The notes under the pieces: generated by a model | Told to the model about the DNA's origin: nothing | Database searches by the model: none | What the model saw: only the letters and a program-made list of their open reading frames with translations | Assembly: GCA_964578585.1 (NCBI GenBank) | Contig: CAZODM010000001.1 | Span: forward strand, 13,683-77,682 | Reading direction: 5' to 3' | Length of the DNA: 64,000 bases | From: an uncultured Desulfobacterales bacterium | GTDB lineage: Bacteria; Desulfobacterota; Dissulfuribacteria; Dissulfuribacterales; JAMONC01 | Shown: positions 40,420 through 51,125 of the stretch, one piece after another | How the letters are laid out: every line of letters starts with the position of its first letter | Position numbering within the stretch: the stretch's first letter is position 1 | Program-made: the position numbers and the translations under genes

Positions 40420-40494
40420 AAGATCAATGATTAAAGAGATTAATTTATAATAAAGTTAATTTTTTATCTTAAATAATTTTTGATGGAGGATTTT

Positions 40495-41331
40495 ATGCTT
40501 AAAAGGGTGTGTTCTGCAACTTTGATTCTTATGTTTTTAATTTCTAGTGTATGTTTAGCAACTCCTGTCTATAATAAAAGAATTAAATACAATGCTGAGG
40601 TACAAGCTGGACCTCTTTGTTATTATCTTGATTATCAAGAAAGAGAAAATGGCAGGGTATTAGATAAAGATTATGGCTTTTTATATGGTATCCATGGTAA
40701 ATTAGAAGCTAAAAACAATAATCTTATATTTGATGTTAAAACCTTTATTGCTTATACAGATTCTGCCACTTATGAAGGTAGCTCTTCATCAGGGGAAAAA
40801 GTATCATTTGATAGTAAAAAAGAATGTATCATTAATCTACAAACAAATGCTGGTTATATAATCAATATAGGTATCAAACTTTGTCCTTATATTGGGATTG
40901 GTTATAGATACTGGAGACGAGGAGAGGCTAAAGTAGTACAGGCAGATGATGGTTCATATGTTTGGGATTATAAAGAAATATATAGTTGGGCTTATATAGC
41001 ATCTGGTATCAAACTTACAATCCCAATAGAAAGGAATGTCTCTGTATCATTAGATACTGCATATATGTTTGCTATTGATCCTCAAGTTACAGCTTATTTC
41101 AGTGAGATTGATCCATCTTATTCCGATGTAACTTTAAACCTTAATCCACAATCAGCATTCTATGTAAATGTGCCTGTTGAAGTAAAGCTTACTAAGCGAT
41201 TTTTAGTACACTGTGAGGCTATATTTAGATACTGGAATATGGGAAGATCAAACTTTTATCTTGGAATGTATGAACCTCATAGTGTAACCAAAATATATGG
41301 TGTAAATGTAGCAATTAGCTATCTATTCTAA
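40495..41331 (+). CDS. hypothetical outer-membrane beta-barrel protein
   Basis: Signal peptide, alternating beta-strand pattern, and a C-terminal ISYLF. GGAGG sits 5 nt before the ATG at 40495. Confidence 0.5.
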   Translation: MLKRVCSATLILMFLISSVCLATPVYNKRIKYNAEVQAGPLCYYLDYQERENGRVLDKDYGFLYGIHGKLEAKNNNLIFDVKTFIAYTDSATYEGSSSSGEKVSFDSKKECIINLQTNAGYIINIGIKLCPYIGIGYRYWRRGEAKVVQADDGSYVWDYKEIYSWAYIASGIKLTIPIERNVSVSLDTAYMFAIDPQVTAYFSEIDPSYSDVTLNLNPQSAFYVNVPVEVKLTKRFLVHCEAIFRYWNMGRSNFYLGMYEPHSVTKIYGVNVAISYLF

Positions 41332-41338
41332 CTGTTTT

Positions 41339-44300
41339 TTATACCTTCTTTAGTCTTTTTATAATATCTTTTGCGCTTTCTACTAAGGAGTAGAAAATTG
41401 GTACATATACTAGAGTTAAAATAGTAGATACAATAAGTCCTCCAATTGCAACCACAGCCAATGGAGATAAGCGCTCAAGTCCAATGGCTTTTTGTGCAGC
41501 AACAGGCCACATCCCTACAACCGTACATGTAACAGTCATAATAATTGGCCTAGTTCTAGTTCTTACAGCCTGTTGAATAGCAGTGATAAGATCCTCCCCT
41601 TTTCTCCTTGCCTGCTCTATGAAATCTATTAATAGAATAGAATTATTTACAACAATCCCTGCCAAAAGAATAAGTCCCATTGTTGCAGGCATACACATAT
41701 GTCGTCCAGTGATTAAAAGTCCCCATACAGCTCCAATTATAGCAAGAGGAATCGCCACCATAATCACTAGTGGATTTGTCCAAGATTTAAATGTGATAAC
41801 AAGAGAGAAAAACAATAGAATTACTGCTATAGCTAAGGCTTTACCCATCCTACTGCCAGTTTCTCCCATGTTTTTATATTCACCCTCATAGCTTAGGGTG
41901 TAACCTTTTGGCAATCTTAAACCTTTTAAGACTTTTACTATCCTTTCGTGTAAATGACTAATTGATGCCTCTGCTGATCTATAGCCATAAACATCTACTA
42001 CTGGATTTAGATCATTTCTAGTAAATACAGTTGGGGTCAGTCTTGTTGTAATTTTAGCTACTTCCCTTAAAGGTATGACCCCTTTAGGAGTATGAATTTC
42101 AAAATTTAAAATATCGTTTATACTGTTTCTTTGTCCATTTTGATACCTAATGCGAATTATGTAACCATCTTCACCCCTTACCCGTAAAATCGACGCTCCT
42201 ACGCCTTCTATTCTTTGCCTTATCTGTGAAGAGATACTAATAGGATCTGTCTCAAAAAACGCTGCCTTTTCAGGATCAATGTATAAAGCTGCCTCTTTTT
42301 TATCCCAAGTCCATGATCTTGTTACTGCAGTTAACCCCTTTACCTTATAAAGTCTAGCTTCAACCTCATTTGCTAGTGTGTTTAGTACCTTCATATCTGG
42401 CCCACTGATCATAATATCTACAGGTGCAGCAATTGATGAAAGAGGGGTGGCTCCATAATCATAAACAGCTAAAGAAGTAAGCCCTGGTATAAGAGATGCT
42501 TTTTGTTGAATTCTTCTCTCTATTTGCCAAATAGTTTGCTTTCTATGAAATCTATCTACAAAATGAGCAGTAATTGCCCCTTGTTGCGGTGTCCTTGATG
42601 TCCCAAAACTTATAACACCGGGTTCTGTGCCTATTTCTAAAGACATATATTCAAAACCTGGCATAGAAGCTACAATATTTGTAATCTTTTCTGCAATCTT
42701 TTGAGTAGCATTAATTCCAAAATCTGATTCTGTCTTAAAATCAATTTTTACAATGCCTGTGTCCATAGGAGGCATTAGATCTCTACCTATAAGTGGCATT
42801 TGCTTCATACTTATTATGAATAAAGCAATAGCAGGTATTATAAAAAATGGTCTATGCCTTAAAGCAAAACCTACTAGAGAAGCAAAAAAATCTCTTATTG
42901 GTACTACAACAAATTTATCTACTAAACTAACCATGCGTTCTACAAAGTTTTTAGTAGTTTTCCCTGCCATATATTTAGCCATAAGAGGAATAACAGTTAC
43001 AGAAACTATAAATGAAGATAAAAGCGTCAGAGATAAAACTACAGTAAGAGGTCTAAGTATCTTTTGAGAATAACCACCAACAAACATAATGGGCACTAAA
43101 ACTATAACAGTAGTAAATGTACCTGCCCAATCTGCTAAAACTATTTCGTTCAATCCATCTACAATAGCCTGTTTAATAGGTTTTTTTAGTTTTGTGGCAT
43201 GTCTTTGAATGTTTTCTATAACAACAATAGAATCATCTACTAATAGTCCAACAGAGAGTATAATAGCTGTCATAGTTACAATATTTAATTCACTTCCCAT
43301 AAGATACATGCCAGCAAAAGCCATAAAGAACACTAAAGGGATAGAAATTGCTGCTAAAGAAGCAAGTCGTATACTTGCAAGTGTTATAAAGATAACTAAA
43401 ACAGTCATCATTACAGAATCTCTTAAAGCATCTATCAGATTTCTTATTGTTGTCTCAATAAGATTTTTTTGGGTATCGGCTATCTTAAATTCTATCCCCG
43501 GAAATTGCGCTTCTATCTTAGGAAGAGCTTTTTGAACAGCCTTTATAGTAGTAGTTACATGGCCATCTTTTTCTGGCCTCATTACATTTAATCCGATAGC
43601 CTCTTTTAGATTTCTCATAAAAAGACTTTGGCGATCTTTGAAAGAAGTTCTTATCTTTGCTATATCACGAAGAAGTATTGGATAGCCATTTTTAGTAGCT
43701 ACCACAATATCACCAAGTTGAGATATATTATCTTTTTCTCCATAGGTCTTGATTCTAAATTGATCCTTACTTCTTATTATTAAACCATCTGGTATATTTA
43801 AATTTTGACTCCTTACTGCAGCAATTACTTGAGCCAAACTAAGTCCAAAACCTTTAAGCCGATTTCTATCTACATCTATCTCTATTTCTGGCTTATACCC
43901 ACCAAAAACCTCTACATTGCCTACCTGAGGAATCCTTAAAAAGGCTTCTTTTATCTCATTGTCTGCAAGTTGTCTGACCTTAGCAAGGTCTAGATGGGAA
44001 CCTGATTTTGGAATTAATGCAAAAGTAAAAACTGGAGCTGTGGCATCACTTACTTTAAATATTTGTGGGGGCAATATATCAGAAGGCAGTTCTGGTTTAA
44101 TCCTATTTAACTGATTTGCCACATCTGTTGCTGCTGCATCAAGCCCTTTTTTATAGTCAAATTCAACTGCTACTGCTGCCATACCATCTTGAGTAGTAGA
44201 TTTAATCTTCCTTACAAGGCTTATGCTATAGAGGGCCTTTTCTACTACTCTTGTTACTTTTGATTCAACATCTTTAGCAGAAGCTCCAGGTTCCTGAATT

Positions 44301-44452
44301 AGTACAACTACCTGAGGATAATTAGCATCAGGGAAGAGGTTCATTGGCATAGAAGAAAAACCAATGATTCCCAATACACTAGTAAGAAGTAACAAAGATA
44401 GAATTAAATGGGGCCTTTTTAAAATATTTCCAGCAAGATCAAAAGATGCCAT
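41339..44452 (-). CDS. RND efflux transporter, AcrB/CzcA family inner-membrane subunit
   Basis: 1037 aa with 12 TM segments and two large periplasmic loops. It follows adaptor and TolC-like genes. Confidence 0.9.
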   Translation of the reverse strand: MASFDLAGNILKRPHLILSLLLLTSVLGIIGFSSMPMNLFPDANYPQVVVLIQEPGASAKDVESKVTRVVEKALYSISLVRKIKSTTQDGMAAVAVEFDYKKGLDAAATDVANQLNRIKPELPSDILPPQIFKVSDATAPVFTFALIPKSGSHLDLAKVRQLADNEIKEAFLRIPQVGNVEVFGGYKPEIEIDVDRNRLKGFGLSLAQVIAAVRSQNLNIPDGLIIRSKDQFRIKTYGEKDNISQLGDIVVATKNGYPILLRDIAKIRTSFKDRQSLFMRNLKEAIGLNVMRPEKDGHVTTTIKAVQKALPKIEAQFPGIEFKIADTQKNLIETTIRNLIDALRDSVMMTVLVIFITLASIRLASLAAISIPLVFFMAFAGMYLMGSELNIVTMTAIILSVGLLVDDSIVVIENIQRHATKLKKPIKQAIVDGLNEIVLADWAGTFTTVIVLVPIMFVGGYSQKILRPLTVVLSLTLLSSFIVSVTVIPLMAKYMAGKTTKNFVERMVSLVDKFVVVPIRDFFASLVGFALRHRPFFIIPAIALFIISMKQMPLIGRDLMPPMDTGIVKIDFKTESDFGINATQKIAEKITNIVASMPGFEYMSLEIGTEPGVISFGTSRTPQQGAITAHFVDRFHRKQTIWQIERRIQQKASLIPGLTSLAVYDYGATPLSSIAAPVDIMISGPDMKVLNTLANEVEARLYKVKGLTAVTRSWTWDKKEAALYIDPEKAAFFETDPISISSQIRQRIEGVGASILRVRGEDGYIIRIRYQNGQRNSINDILNFEIHTPKGVIPLREVAKITTRLTPTVFTRNDLNPVVDVYGYRSAEASISHLHERIVKVLKGLRLPKGYTLSYEGEYKNMGETGSRMGKALAIAVILLFFSLVITFKSWTNPLVIMVAIPLAIIGAVWGLLITGRHMCMPATMGLILLAGIVVNNSILLIDFIEQARRKGEDLITAIQQAVRTRTRPIIMTVTCTVVGMWPVAAQKAIGLERLSPLAVVAIGGLIVSTILTLVYVPIFYSLVESAKDIIKRLKKV

Positions 44453-44455
44453 ATT

Positions 44456-45619
44456 CTATTGCTCCTTAGTTGCTTCAATAGGGTGTACAATATCGCCCTC
44501 ATGAAGTCTTAAAAGCATATCTTCCCCTGCCACAACTATGTCATCTCCAACAGAAATTGCCCCTTTTCTAATTGGTTCTACACAACATCTATAGGAAGTC
44601 TGAAGTAAGACTCTCACAGGAATTTTTTTGATACGATGCTCTTTAGACACAACAAAAAGTAAGTTATGTCCTATGGCTTGGTGCAAGATGCTTCTTGCAG
44701 GTACAATAAATCCATACTGCTTTCTAAGCTTAAATACAACAGTTAGAGTCGAACCACTAGGAAGTCCAAATGGAGAGCTTTTTAAATATATCTCACAACT
44801 GGGCAGGGGATTCATTTGACTGTCTTGAGGAAAAAGCTTAGAGATTTTAGCGCTTATAAAGGTATTTTTACCATAAGGTGACAAGATATTTACCTGTTGT
44901 CCTACATATAATAACGGAAATAGCTCTTGAGGTATTCTTACAACTACCTTATACCCCTTATTTAAAGCATCTAATTTTAAAATAGGCTTACCAATTACTG
45001 CTACATCAGAGACATCCATAAATTTTTGAGTTACTATTGCATCAAATGGAGAAAATATCTTTGTATAAGAAAGCTGAATAAGGGCTGTCTTTAACTGATT
45101 TTTAACATCTACTACACGTGCTCTTGCAGAATCTCTAGCCATTTTTGCCTTATCTAGGGCTTCTTTACTAAGTGCTTTATGATTAAATAACTTAAGATCT
45201 CTAAGATATATTCCTTCATAAGTATAAAGAGCTGTCTTAGCAGCCTCTAATTGAGCTTTAAGGCTAGCAACCCTTGCTTTGTATATGCTGGAATCTAGTA
45301 CTACTAAGCACTGGCCTTTCTTTACATGGTCTCCTTCTCTAACCTTTAAAGACACAATCCTTGCAGTAATAAGGGGAGAGACAAAACTCGTAACCCGTGG
45401 CTCAACAAGTCCTAAATATTGCTGACTAAGATAGAGATAGCCCTTTTTTAATTTTACAACATTTACAGATAAAGTAGGCTTTACAGGCGGAGGGATAGAG
45501 GCTAACTGTTTCTTTTTTTGTCTAACAATAAATATTCCAAGTCCTACAATTGCTATTATAACTACAATTGCTATTATGATCTTAATAAGATTTAGATTTG
45601 TCTTTTTCTTCTTTGGCAT
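44456..45619 (-). CDS. RND efflux periplasmic adaptor (HlyD/MFP family)
   Basis: N-terminal anchor, lipoyl-like and coiled-coil hairpin regions. It sits between the TolC-like and RND genes. Confidence 0.85.
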   Translation of the reverse strand: MPKKKKTNLNLIKIIIAIVVIIAIVGLGIFIVRQKKKQLASIPPPVKPTLSVNVVKLKKGYLYLSQQYLGLVEPRVTSFVSPLITARIVSLKVREGDHVKKGQCLVVLDSSIYKARVASLKAQLEAAKTALYTYEGIYLRDLKLFNHKALSKEALDKAKMARDSARARVVDVKNQLKTALIQLSYTKIFSPFDAIVTQKFMDVSDVAVIGKPILKLDALNKGYKVVVRIPQELFPLLYVGQQVNILSPYGKNTFISAKISKLFPQDSQMNPLPSCEIYLKSSPFGLPSGSTLTVVFKLRKQYGFIVPARSILHQAIGHNLLFVVSKEHRIKKIPVRVLLQTSYRCCVEPIRKGAISVGDDIVVAGEDMLLRLHEGDIVHPIEATKEQ

Positions 45620-45645
45620 AAAATCTTCTCCTAAATATTAAACAA

Positions 45646-47031
45646 TTACTTTTTAGGTATTAGCTCTTTATAGTCAGAAAGAATCCTTCCACTTGCAAGC
45701 TCTACTGCTACAATAGCCCTTTGTCTATCAAACAAGGCTTGAACAAAATTTGCCTGTGCATTTGCCCAGGCGGCTTGAGCCTTTAACATATCAGTAACTG
45801 TTCCTGCACCAGTTTCATATTTAAGACTTTGTATTCTAAAGGCCTCTTTTGCAGTCTTCCTAGCCTGTTTAGCAAGTTCAATACGAGATATAGCCTCATT
45901 TAGGTTACTAATAGCTGAAAGTATCTGACTTTTAGCTTTAAGCCTTAAGTCCTTAAGTCTGCTTTCTAAAGACAAAAGCCTTGCCTGTGCCTCTGAAATA
46001 GAAGCTGAGATACTGCCGCCACTAAAAATATTAAAAGAAAGTTGAAGTGTTACACTCCAAACTTCTTTATTTTCATTTAATCCCCACCCAGCCCTTCGTC
46101 CATAATCTCCTAGAAGTTCAAGACTAGGAAGGTTTTGTGCTTTAGCCATTTTTATGGCTAATCTAGCCTTTTCTACCAAATGTTCTAATCTTTTTACATC
46201 TGGTCTATTGTCTACTAAAAGGCCTATTTGAGCTAAATTAGGGGGATTGTAGCTTAAATCTTGAGGGATTTTCCCAACTATATTGACAGAATCATTAGGG
46301 GAGAGTCCAAGTAAATAACAAAGGTGTTCCTTAGCCCTTAAAAGCTCTTCTTGAGCCCTTACTATATTTATTTTTTGTGATGAAAGCTGGGTATCAATTT
46401 CCATTAAATCTAAGGGAGCAATACGACCAAGTTTAAGCATCAATGCAGCATGGTCTCGCTCAACCTTAAGGGCATAAAGAGATTCTTTTTGAGCAGATAT
46501 AAAATCTTTTAAAAATAAAATGCTATTAAAAGTATCTATAACCTGTGCAATTAGATTTTCTTTAGCAAGCCTAAAATCTTTGATGGATATCTTTATCTCT
46601 TTCTCTGATTGTTTTAGTGCACTCCAAAGTCTTCCACCCTCATAAAGAGGCATATAAAATCTTAATCCAGCCCTATATTGATCCCTACTAAATATAGGTG
46701 GTGGAGCATTGGGTCCAAAATCACTTATTGGAACAACTGTGGTAGGGAGATTAAATCTAGTATAGCTTGCATAGGCAGTTATTTTAGGTAGAAGCGCACC
46801 TTGGGCCTTAAGTTTTGCCTTTTTACTAGATAAAATTAGAGCCTTTTGTGAATGAAGAATAGGACTATTTTTAAGAGCAATATCTATAGCTTGTGATAAA
46901 GTTATAGGATTTTTTATTGCATGTATTATCTCTTTTGAAAAACCGCTATTGGGTATGATTAAAAAGGATAAGAATACAGTTAGTAAGCATAAACTAACTT
47001 TAGCTAAACTTTTTAAATATCTCTTAAACAT
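45646..47031 (-). CDS. TolC-family outer membrane efflux protein
   Basis: Signal peptide and two OEP repeats. 461 aa. Confidence 0.85.
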   Translation of the reverse strand: MFKRYLKSLAKVSLCLLTVFLSFLIIPNSGFSKEIIHAIKNPITLSQAIDIALKNSPILHSQKALILSSKKAKLKAQGALLPKITAYASYTRFNLPTTVVPISDFGPNAPPPIFSRDQYRAGLRFYMPLYEGGRLWSALKQSEKEIKISIKDFRLAKENLIAQVIDTFNSILFLKDFISAQKESLYALKVERDHAALMLKLGRIAPLDLMEIDTQLSSQKINIVRAQEELLRAKEHLCYLLGLSPNDSVNIVGKIPQDLSYNPPNLAQIGLLVDNRPDVKRLEHLVEKARLAIKMAKAQNLPSLELLGDYGRRAGWGLNENKEVWSVTLQLSFNIFSGGSISASISEAQARLLSLESRLKDLRLKAKSQILSAISNLNEAISRIELAKQARKTAKEAFRIQSLKYETGAGTVTDMLKAQAAWANAQANFVQALFDRQRAIVAVELASGRILSDYKELIPKK

Positions 47032-47118
47032 CTTTTCTTACCTACTTTGTTTTTGTTTTGTAGTTATTTAAAAAACATCTCAGACACTTTATCGTAACAA
47101 AGACTACATTATAAAAAT

Positions 47119-47739
47119 CTATTCCTTAACCACCCCATAGAAGAAACATCTTTTTATTGAAACCTTCATTTTATTGAGATCAAATCCAGACTTGCCTTTC
47201 TGTTTTTCAAGCATATACCTTATAAGCGCCCCTTGAATCATACCAATAAGACATATAGTAATCATATCAGCATCTATCTCTTCTTTAAATTCACCAGTTG
47301 TAACACCTGCTAATAAAAGGGTTTTTATAAGATTTCCAACCACATGAAATATAGACAACATAGCCTTTCTTAGTTCATCATCATTATGATAAATGCTCTC
47401 TGCTAAAAGGATTAGATTAACTCCTTTATGTTCTACAAGATATTCAATTATCGTATCTATTAAGACACAAATACGCTCTTTTGCAGAGCTTTTATCTGCT
47501 ATTATTGGAGAAAGAGTAGCTATAATGAGTGACTTAACATAGTCATAGAGACAAACTAACAAATGGCGTTTATTCTTAAAATGTTTATATATAGCAGCAT
47601 CTGTAATACCAACAGCCTCAGAAACACGTCTTAATGTTAAGGCTTTTGTTCCATCTTCTGCAATTATTGCTAGAGCTGCTGAAAGTATATCCTTTTGTCT
47701 TTTTGTAAACTCTTTTTGATAAACATTTTCTAAGTCCAT
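47119..47739 (-). CDS. TetR family transcriptional regulator
   Basis: N-terminal helix-turn-helix (TLRRVSEAVGITDAAIYKHFKNK). It heads the efflux operon. Confidence 0.9.
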   Translation of the reverse strand: MDLENVYQKEFTKRQKDILSAALAIIAEDGTKALTLRRVSEAVGITDAAIYKHFKNKRHLLVCLYDYVKSLIIATLSPIIADKSSAKERICVLIDTIIEYLVEHKGVNLILLAESIYHNDDELRKAMLSIFHVVGNLIKTLLLAGVTTGEFKEEIDADMITICLIGMIQGALIRYMLEKQKGKSGFDLNKMKVSIKRCFFYGVVKE

Positions 47740-47742
47740 AAT

Positions 47743-47773
47743 GTTAGTATATACTAACTAACCTTAAAAACAA
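47743..47773 (-). promoter_or_regulatory. tetR promoter with 16-bp perfect palindrome operator; geometry suggests a leaderless mRNA
   Basis: GTTAGTATATACTAAC lies at 47743-47758. On the minus strand, TTGTTT-N16-TATACT places the -10 six nt before the ATG, and there is no SD. Confidence 0.45.
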
Positions 47774-47896
47774 GTAAAAATTTTTAGACATATAAAAATT
47801 TTTTATAAAATTAGCATAATATCTCACAATATCTGTTGATAAATAAAACTATATCTTGAATTAATGCTATAAGTCGATTAAAAACATTATAATTCC

Positions 47897-47918
47897 CCGG
47901 CATATGGGCATATGCCGG
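47897..47918. repeat. GC-rich perfect palindrome CCGGCATATG-GG-CATATGCCGG
   Basis: A 10-bp stem with a 2-nt loop, isolated in an AT-rich spacer 49 nt upstream of hisS. Confidence 0.8.
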
Positions 47919-47966
47919 TCAGGATGTATTGAACTTTAAAAAAATTTTTTAAAAAAGGAGCGAAAG

Positions 47967-49226
47967 TTGGCTGTTAAAGCTATCAGAGGATTTAAAGACC
48001 TTTTACCACCAGAAAGCGAACTCTTAACTCATATAGAAACTATTGCTAGAAAAGTATTCTCTAGTTGTGCAATAAGAGAAATAAGAATACCAATTGTAGA
48101 AAACACCTCGCTATTTGCCCGAGGTATAGGTGAGCATACAGATATAGTTGAAAAAGAAATGTATAGTTTTGTTGACAGAAACGGTGAATCTATAAGTCTT
48201 AGACCTGAGGCTACTGCTGGAATACTAAGGGCTGTAATTGAACATAAATTATATGGTAGCTCTCCCATATTAAAATTTTTTACAATTGGTCCAATGTTTA
48301 GACATGAAAGACCTCAAAAGGGTCGCCTAAGACAATTCCATCAAATAGATGTTGAAATTATAGGAACAGATTCTCCTTTGGCTGATGCTGAAGTTATATG
48401 GATGGCTTGGCATATATTAAACACCTTAGAGGTACCAAATATCTATCTAGAGATAAACTCCCTAGGCTGTCCTAAGTGTAGGGCCGTACACAGGGAAGAC
48501 TTAATGCTTTATCTTGAAGGGGTATATAAAGACCTTTGTGAAGATTGTCAAAGACGTGCCAAAACTAATCCCTTAAGGATATTTGATTGTAAAAATGAAA
48601 AGTGTAAAGAATTAATGGTTAGAGCCCCTCTTATAAAACATGCACTTTGTCCTGATTGCGCAGATCATTATGGAAAAGTGTTAGATTTTCTTGAATCATT
48701 TGATGTACCATTTAGACAAAATCCCTATCTTGTCAGAGGGCTTGACTACTACACACGCACTACGTTTGAAATTATATGCCCAAGTCTGGGAGCACAAAGT
48801 ACTGTAGCCGCAGGTGGAAGATATGATGGATTAATAAAAGAATTAGGTGGTCCAGACATCCCGGGTATGGGAATGGCTATAGGAGCAGAAAGGGTTTTAA
48901 TTGCATTAAATAAAGAGCAACAAAAGTTAGATGGAACAATAGATGTTTTTATTGCCGCACTTGGCAAGGAAGCTAGATTTGAAACATCTTCATGGCTTCT
49001 AATATTTAGAAAACAAGGACTAAAGACAGTTATGTCCTATGAAGATAAAAGCTTAAAAGCCCAGTTAAAACAGGCAGATAAACTTGGAGCCAAAATTGCC
49101 CTTATTGTAGGGGAAGAAGAACTTGATGAAGACATTGTAATCTTAAGAGATATGAGGACTAGCGAACAAATTGAAATTGACATAGATGACCTTATGGACA
49201 AGGTATTAGAGATGTGTAAAAGATAG
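47967..49226 (+). CDS. hisS: histidyl-tRNA synthetase
   Basis: Class II motifs (FRHERPQKGRLRQFHQ, GGRYDGL). TTG start with AAAGGAG SD. Confidence 0.95.
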   Translation: MAVKAIRGFKDLLPPESELLTHIETIARKVFSSCAIREIRIPIVENTSLFARGIGEHTDIVEKEMYSFVDRNGESISLRPEATAGILRAVIEHKLYGSSPILKFFTIGPMFRHERPQKGRLRQFHQIDVEIIGTDSPLADAEVIWMAWHILNTLEVPNIYLEINSLGCPKCRAVHREDLMLYLEGVYKDLCEDCQRRAKTNPLRIFDCKNEKCKELMVRAPLIKHALCPDCADHYGKVLDFLESFDVPFRQNPYLVRGLDYYTRTTFEIICPSLGAQSTVAAGGRYDGLIKELGGPDIPGMGMAIGAERVLIALNKEQQKLDGTIDVFIAALGKEARFETSSWLLIFRKQGLKTVMSYEDKSLKAQLKQADKLGAKIALIVGEEELDEDIVILRDMRTSEQIEIDIDDLMDKVLEMCKR

Positions 49227-49278
49227 TTTTTTTACAATATTATATAAGACAAAGACTTTATGTGAGGTGAACTAAGAC

Positions 49279-51072
49279 ATGGATTCATTAAACGGGTTAA
49301 AGCGCACCCACGACTGTGATTCTCTTACAGAAGTAGCTCTTGGACAAGAAGTGGTATTAATGGGTTGGGTCTTAAGACGAAGAGACCATGGAGGAGTAAT
49401 ATTCATTGATTTAAGAGATAGAAAAGGGATTACTCAAGTAGTTTTTGCTCCAGAAGTAGATGCCAAAACCCATGAAAAGGCACATCAATTAAGGAGTGAA
49501 TATGTAATTGCAGTAAAAGGGGTGGTGCGCAGACGCCCTGAAGGTATGGAAAATCCAAAGATTAAAACCGGGATGATAGAAGTAGCATGTCATGAATTAA
49601 GAATTTTAAATAAATCTAAAACCCCTCCATTCCCACTAGATCCAGAAGAGATTTCTACACCAATCTCTGAAACATTAAGGCTAAAATATCGCTACCTAGA
49701 TCTTAGAAGACCTCATATGATAGAAGCCCTAACATTGAGGCACAATGTATGTCAGGCAATACGAGAATTCCTAAATGAAAGAGAATTCCTTGAGATAGAA
49801 ACTCCTATGTTAACCAAAAGCACTCCAGAAGGTGCAAGAGACTACCTTGTACCAAGTAGAGTCAATCCTGGACACTTTTATGCTCTTCCTCAATCTCCTC
49901 AGCTATACAAACAAATATTAATGATATCTGGTATGGAAAAGTACTATCAAATTGTACGATGCTTTAGAGATGAAGATCTAAGAGCAGACAGACAACCAGA
50001 GTTCACTCAGCTTGATATGGAGCTCTCTTTTGTAGAGGAAGAAGATGTAATGACTTTAATAGAGTCTCTTATGAGCTATATATTTAAAAAATGTATTGAA
50101 GTAGAATTAAAAACTCCCTTTCCTCGACTAAGTTATGATGATGCTATAGCTCGCTATGGAACAGATAGGCCAGATATACGTTTCTCTCTAGAATTACATG
50201 ATATCACAGAGATTGCAAAAGGCTGTAAATTAAAAGTCTTTAAAGAAGCAGCAACTAAAGGCGGTATAGTTAAGGCTATTAATGCTAAAGGCATGGCAGA
50301 TCTTTCTCGGAAAGACCTCGATGACCTTACAACATTTGCACAATCACTTGGTGCTAAAGGGCTTGCATGGGTAAAAATAAAGGAAGATAGCTCATGGCAA
50401 TCTCCTATTGCAAAATTCTTTACAGATGAAGAACGCACACAAATGACACAAATTCTCAATGCCGAGCCGGGTGATATATTATTCTTTGGTGCGGATATGC
50501 CAGAGATTGTATATAAGGTTTTGGGAGAACTTAGGATTGAACTTGCAAAAAGAAGAGGGCTAATCTCCAAAGAAGAGTTTAGCTTTGTTTGGGTTACAGA
50601 TTTCCCTCTTGTAGAATATGATCCAGAAGAAGGCAGATTTACATCTGTCCATCATCCATTTACTTCTCCTAAAGAACAAGATCTAGAAAAATTAGATACA
50701 GATCCTGCATCTGTTCGCTCAAGGGCATATGATTTGGTTTTAAATGGAGTTGAGATTGGTGGCGGAAGTATACGTATTCATCAAGTACCAGTACAAGAAA
50801 AGGTCTTTAAGGTACTAAAAATAGGTGAGCAAGAGGCAAGAGAGAAATTTGGCTTCCTGCTAGATGCTCTCTCTTATGGTGCTCCGCCCCATGGAGGCAT
50901 TGCCTTTGGACTTGACAGACTTATAATGTTAATGTCAAAAAGAGATACAATTAGAGATGTAATTGCATTTCCAAAGACACAAAAAGCCCAGTGTCTTTTA
51001 ACAAAAGCCCCCTCTCCCGTAAGTATGACTCAGCTTGCAGAGCTTTATCTAAAACCGGGGTGGAAGGTTTAG
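49279..51072 (+). CDS. aspS: aspartyl-tRNA synthetase
   Basis: OB fold followed by a class II core (FRDEDLRADRQPEFTQLD, GGGSIRIH, GIAFGLDRL). Confidence 0.95.
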   Translation: MDSLNGLKRTHDCDSLTEVALGQEVVLMGWVLRRRDHGGVIFIDLRDRKGITQVVFAPEVDAKTHEKAHQLRSEYVIAVKGVVRRRPEGMENPKIKTGMIEVACHELRILNKSKTPPFPLDPEEISTPISETLRLKYRYLDLRRPHMIEALTLRHNVCQAIREFLNEREFLEIETPMLTKSTPEGARDYLVPSRVNPGHFYALPQSPQLYKQILMISGMEKYYQIVRCFRDEDLRADRQPEFTQLDMELSFVEEEDVMTLIESLMSYIFKKCIEVELKTPFPRLSYDDAIARYGTDRPDIRFSLELHDITEIAKGCKLKVFKEAATKGGIVKAINAKGMADLSRKDLDDLTTFAQSLGAKGLAWVKIKEDSSWQSPIAKFFTDEERTQMTQILNAEPGDILFFGADMPEIVYKVLGELRIELAKRRGLISKEEFSFVWVTDFPLVEYDPEEGRFTSVHHPFTSPKEQDLEKLDTDPASVRSRAYDLVLNGVEIGGGSIRIHQVPVQEKVFKVLKIGEQEAREKFGFLLDALSYGAPPHGGIAFGLDRLIMLMSKRDTIRDVIAFPKTQKAQCLLTKAPSPVSMTQLAELYLKPGWKV

Positions 51073-51125
51073 TTCTTTATAGATTGAACACTTATTAGAG
51101 TTAAACTGCTAAGTTAGGAGGAATT

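Noticed and set aside
41583-43535. Three plus-strand ORFs (102-108 aa) inside the RND transporter gene. Similar antisense ORFs occur at 3972-4199, 9894-10208, 11024-11329, 17103-17474, 27993-28451, 28891-29085, 48029-48268 and 50154-50570.
   Set aside because: Each lies entirely antisense to, or out of frame within, a long ORF with clear family motifs. Their translations are low-complexity with no recognisable motifs and no SD. These are typical shadow ORFs of an AT-rich genome.
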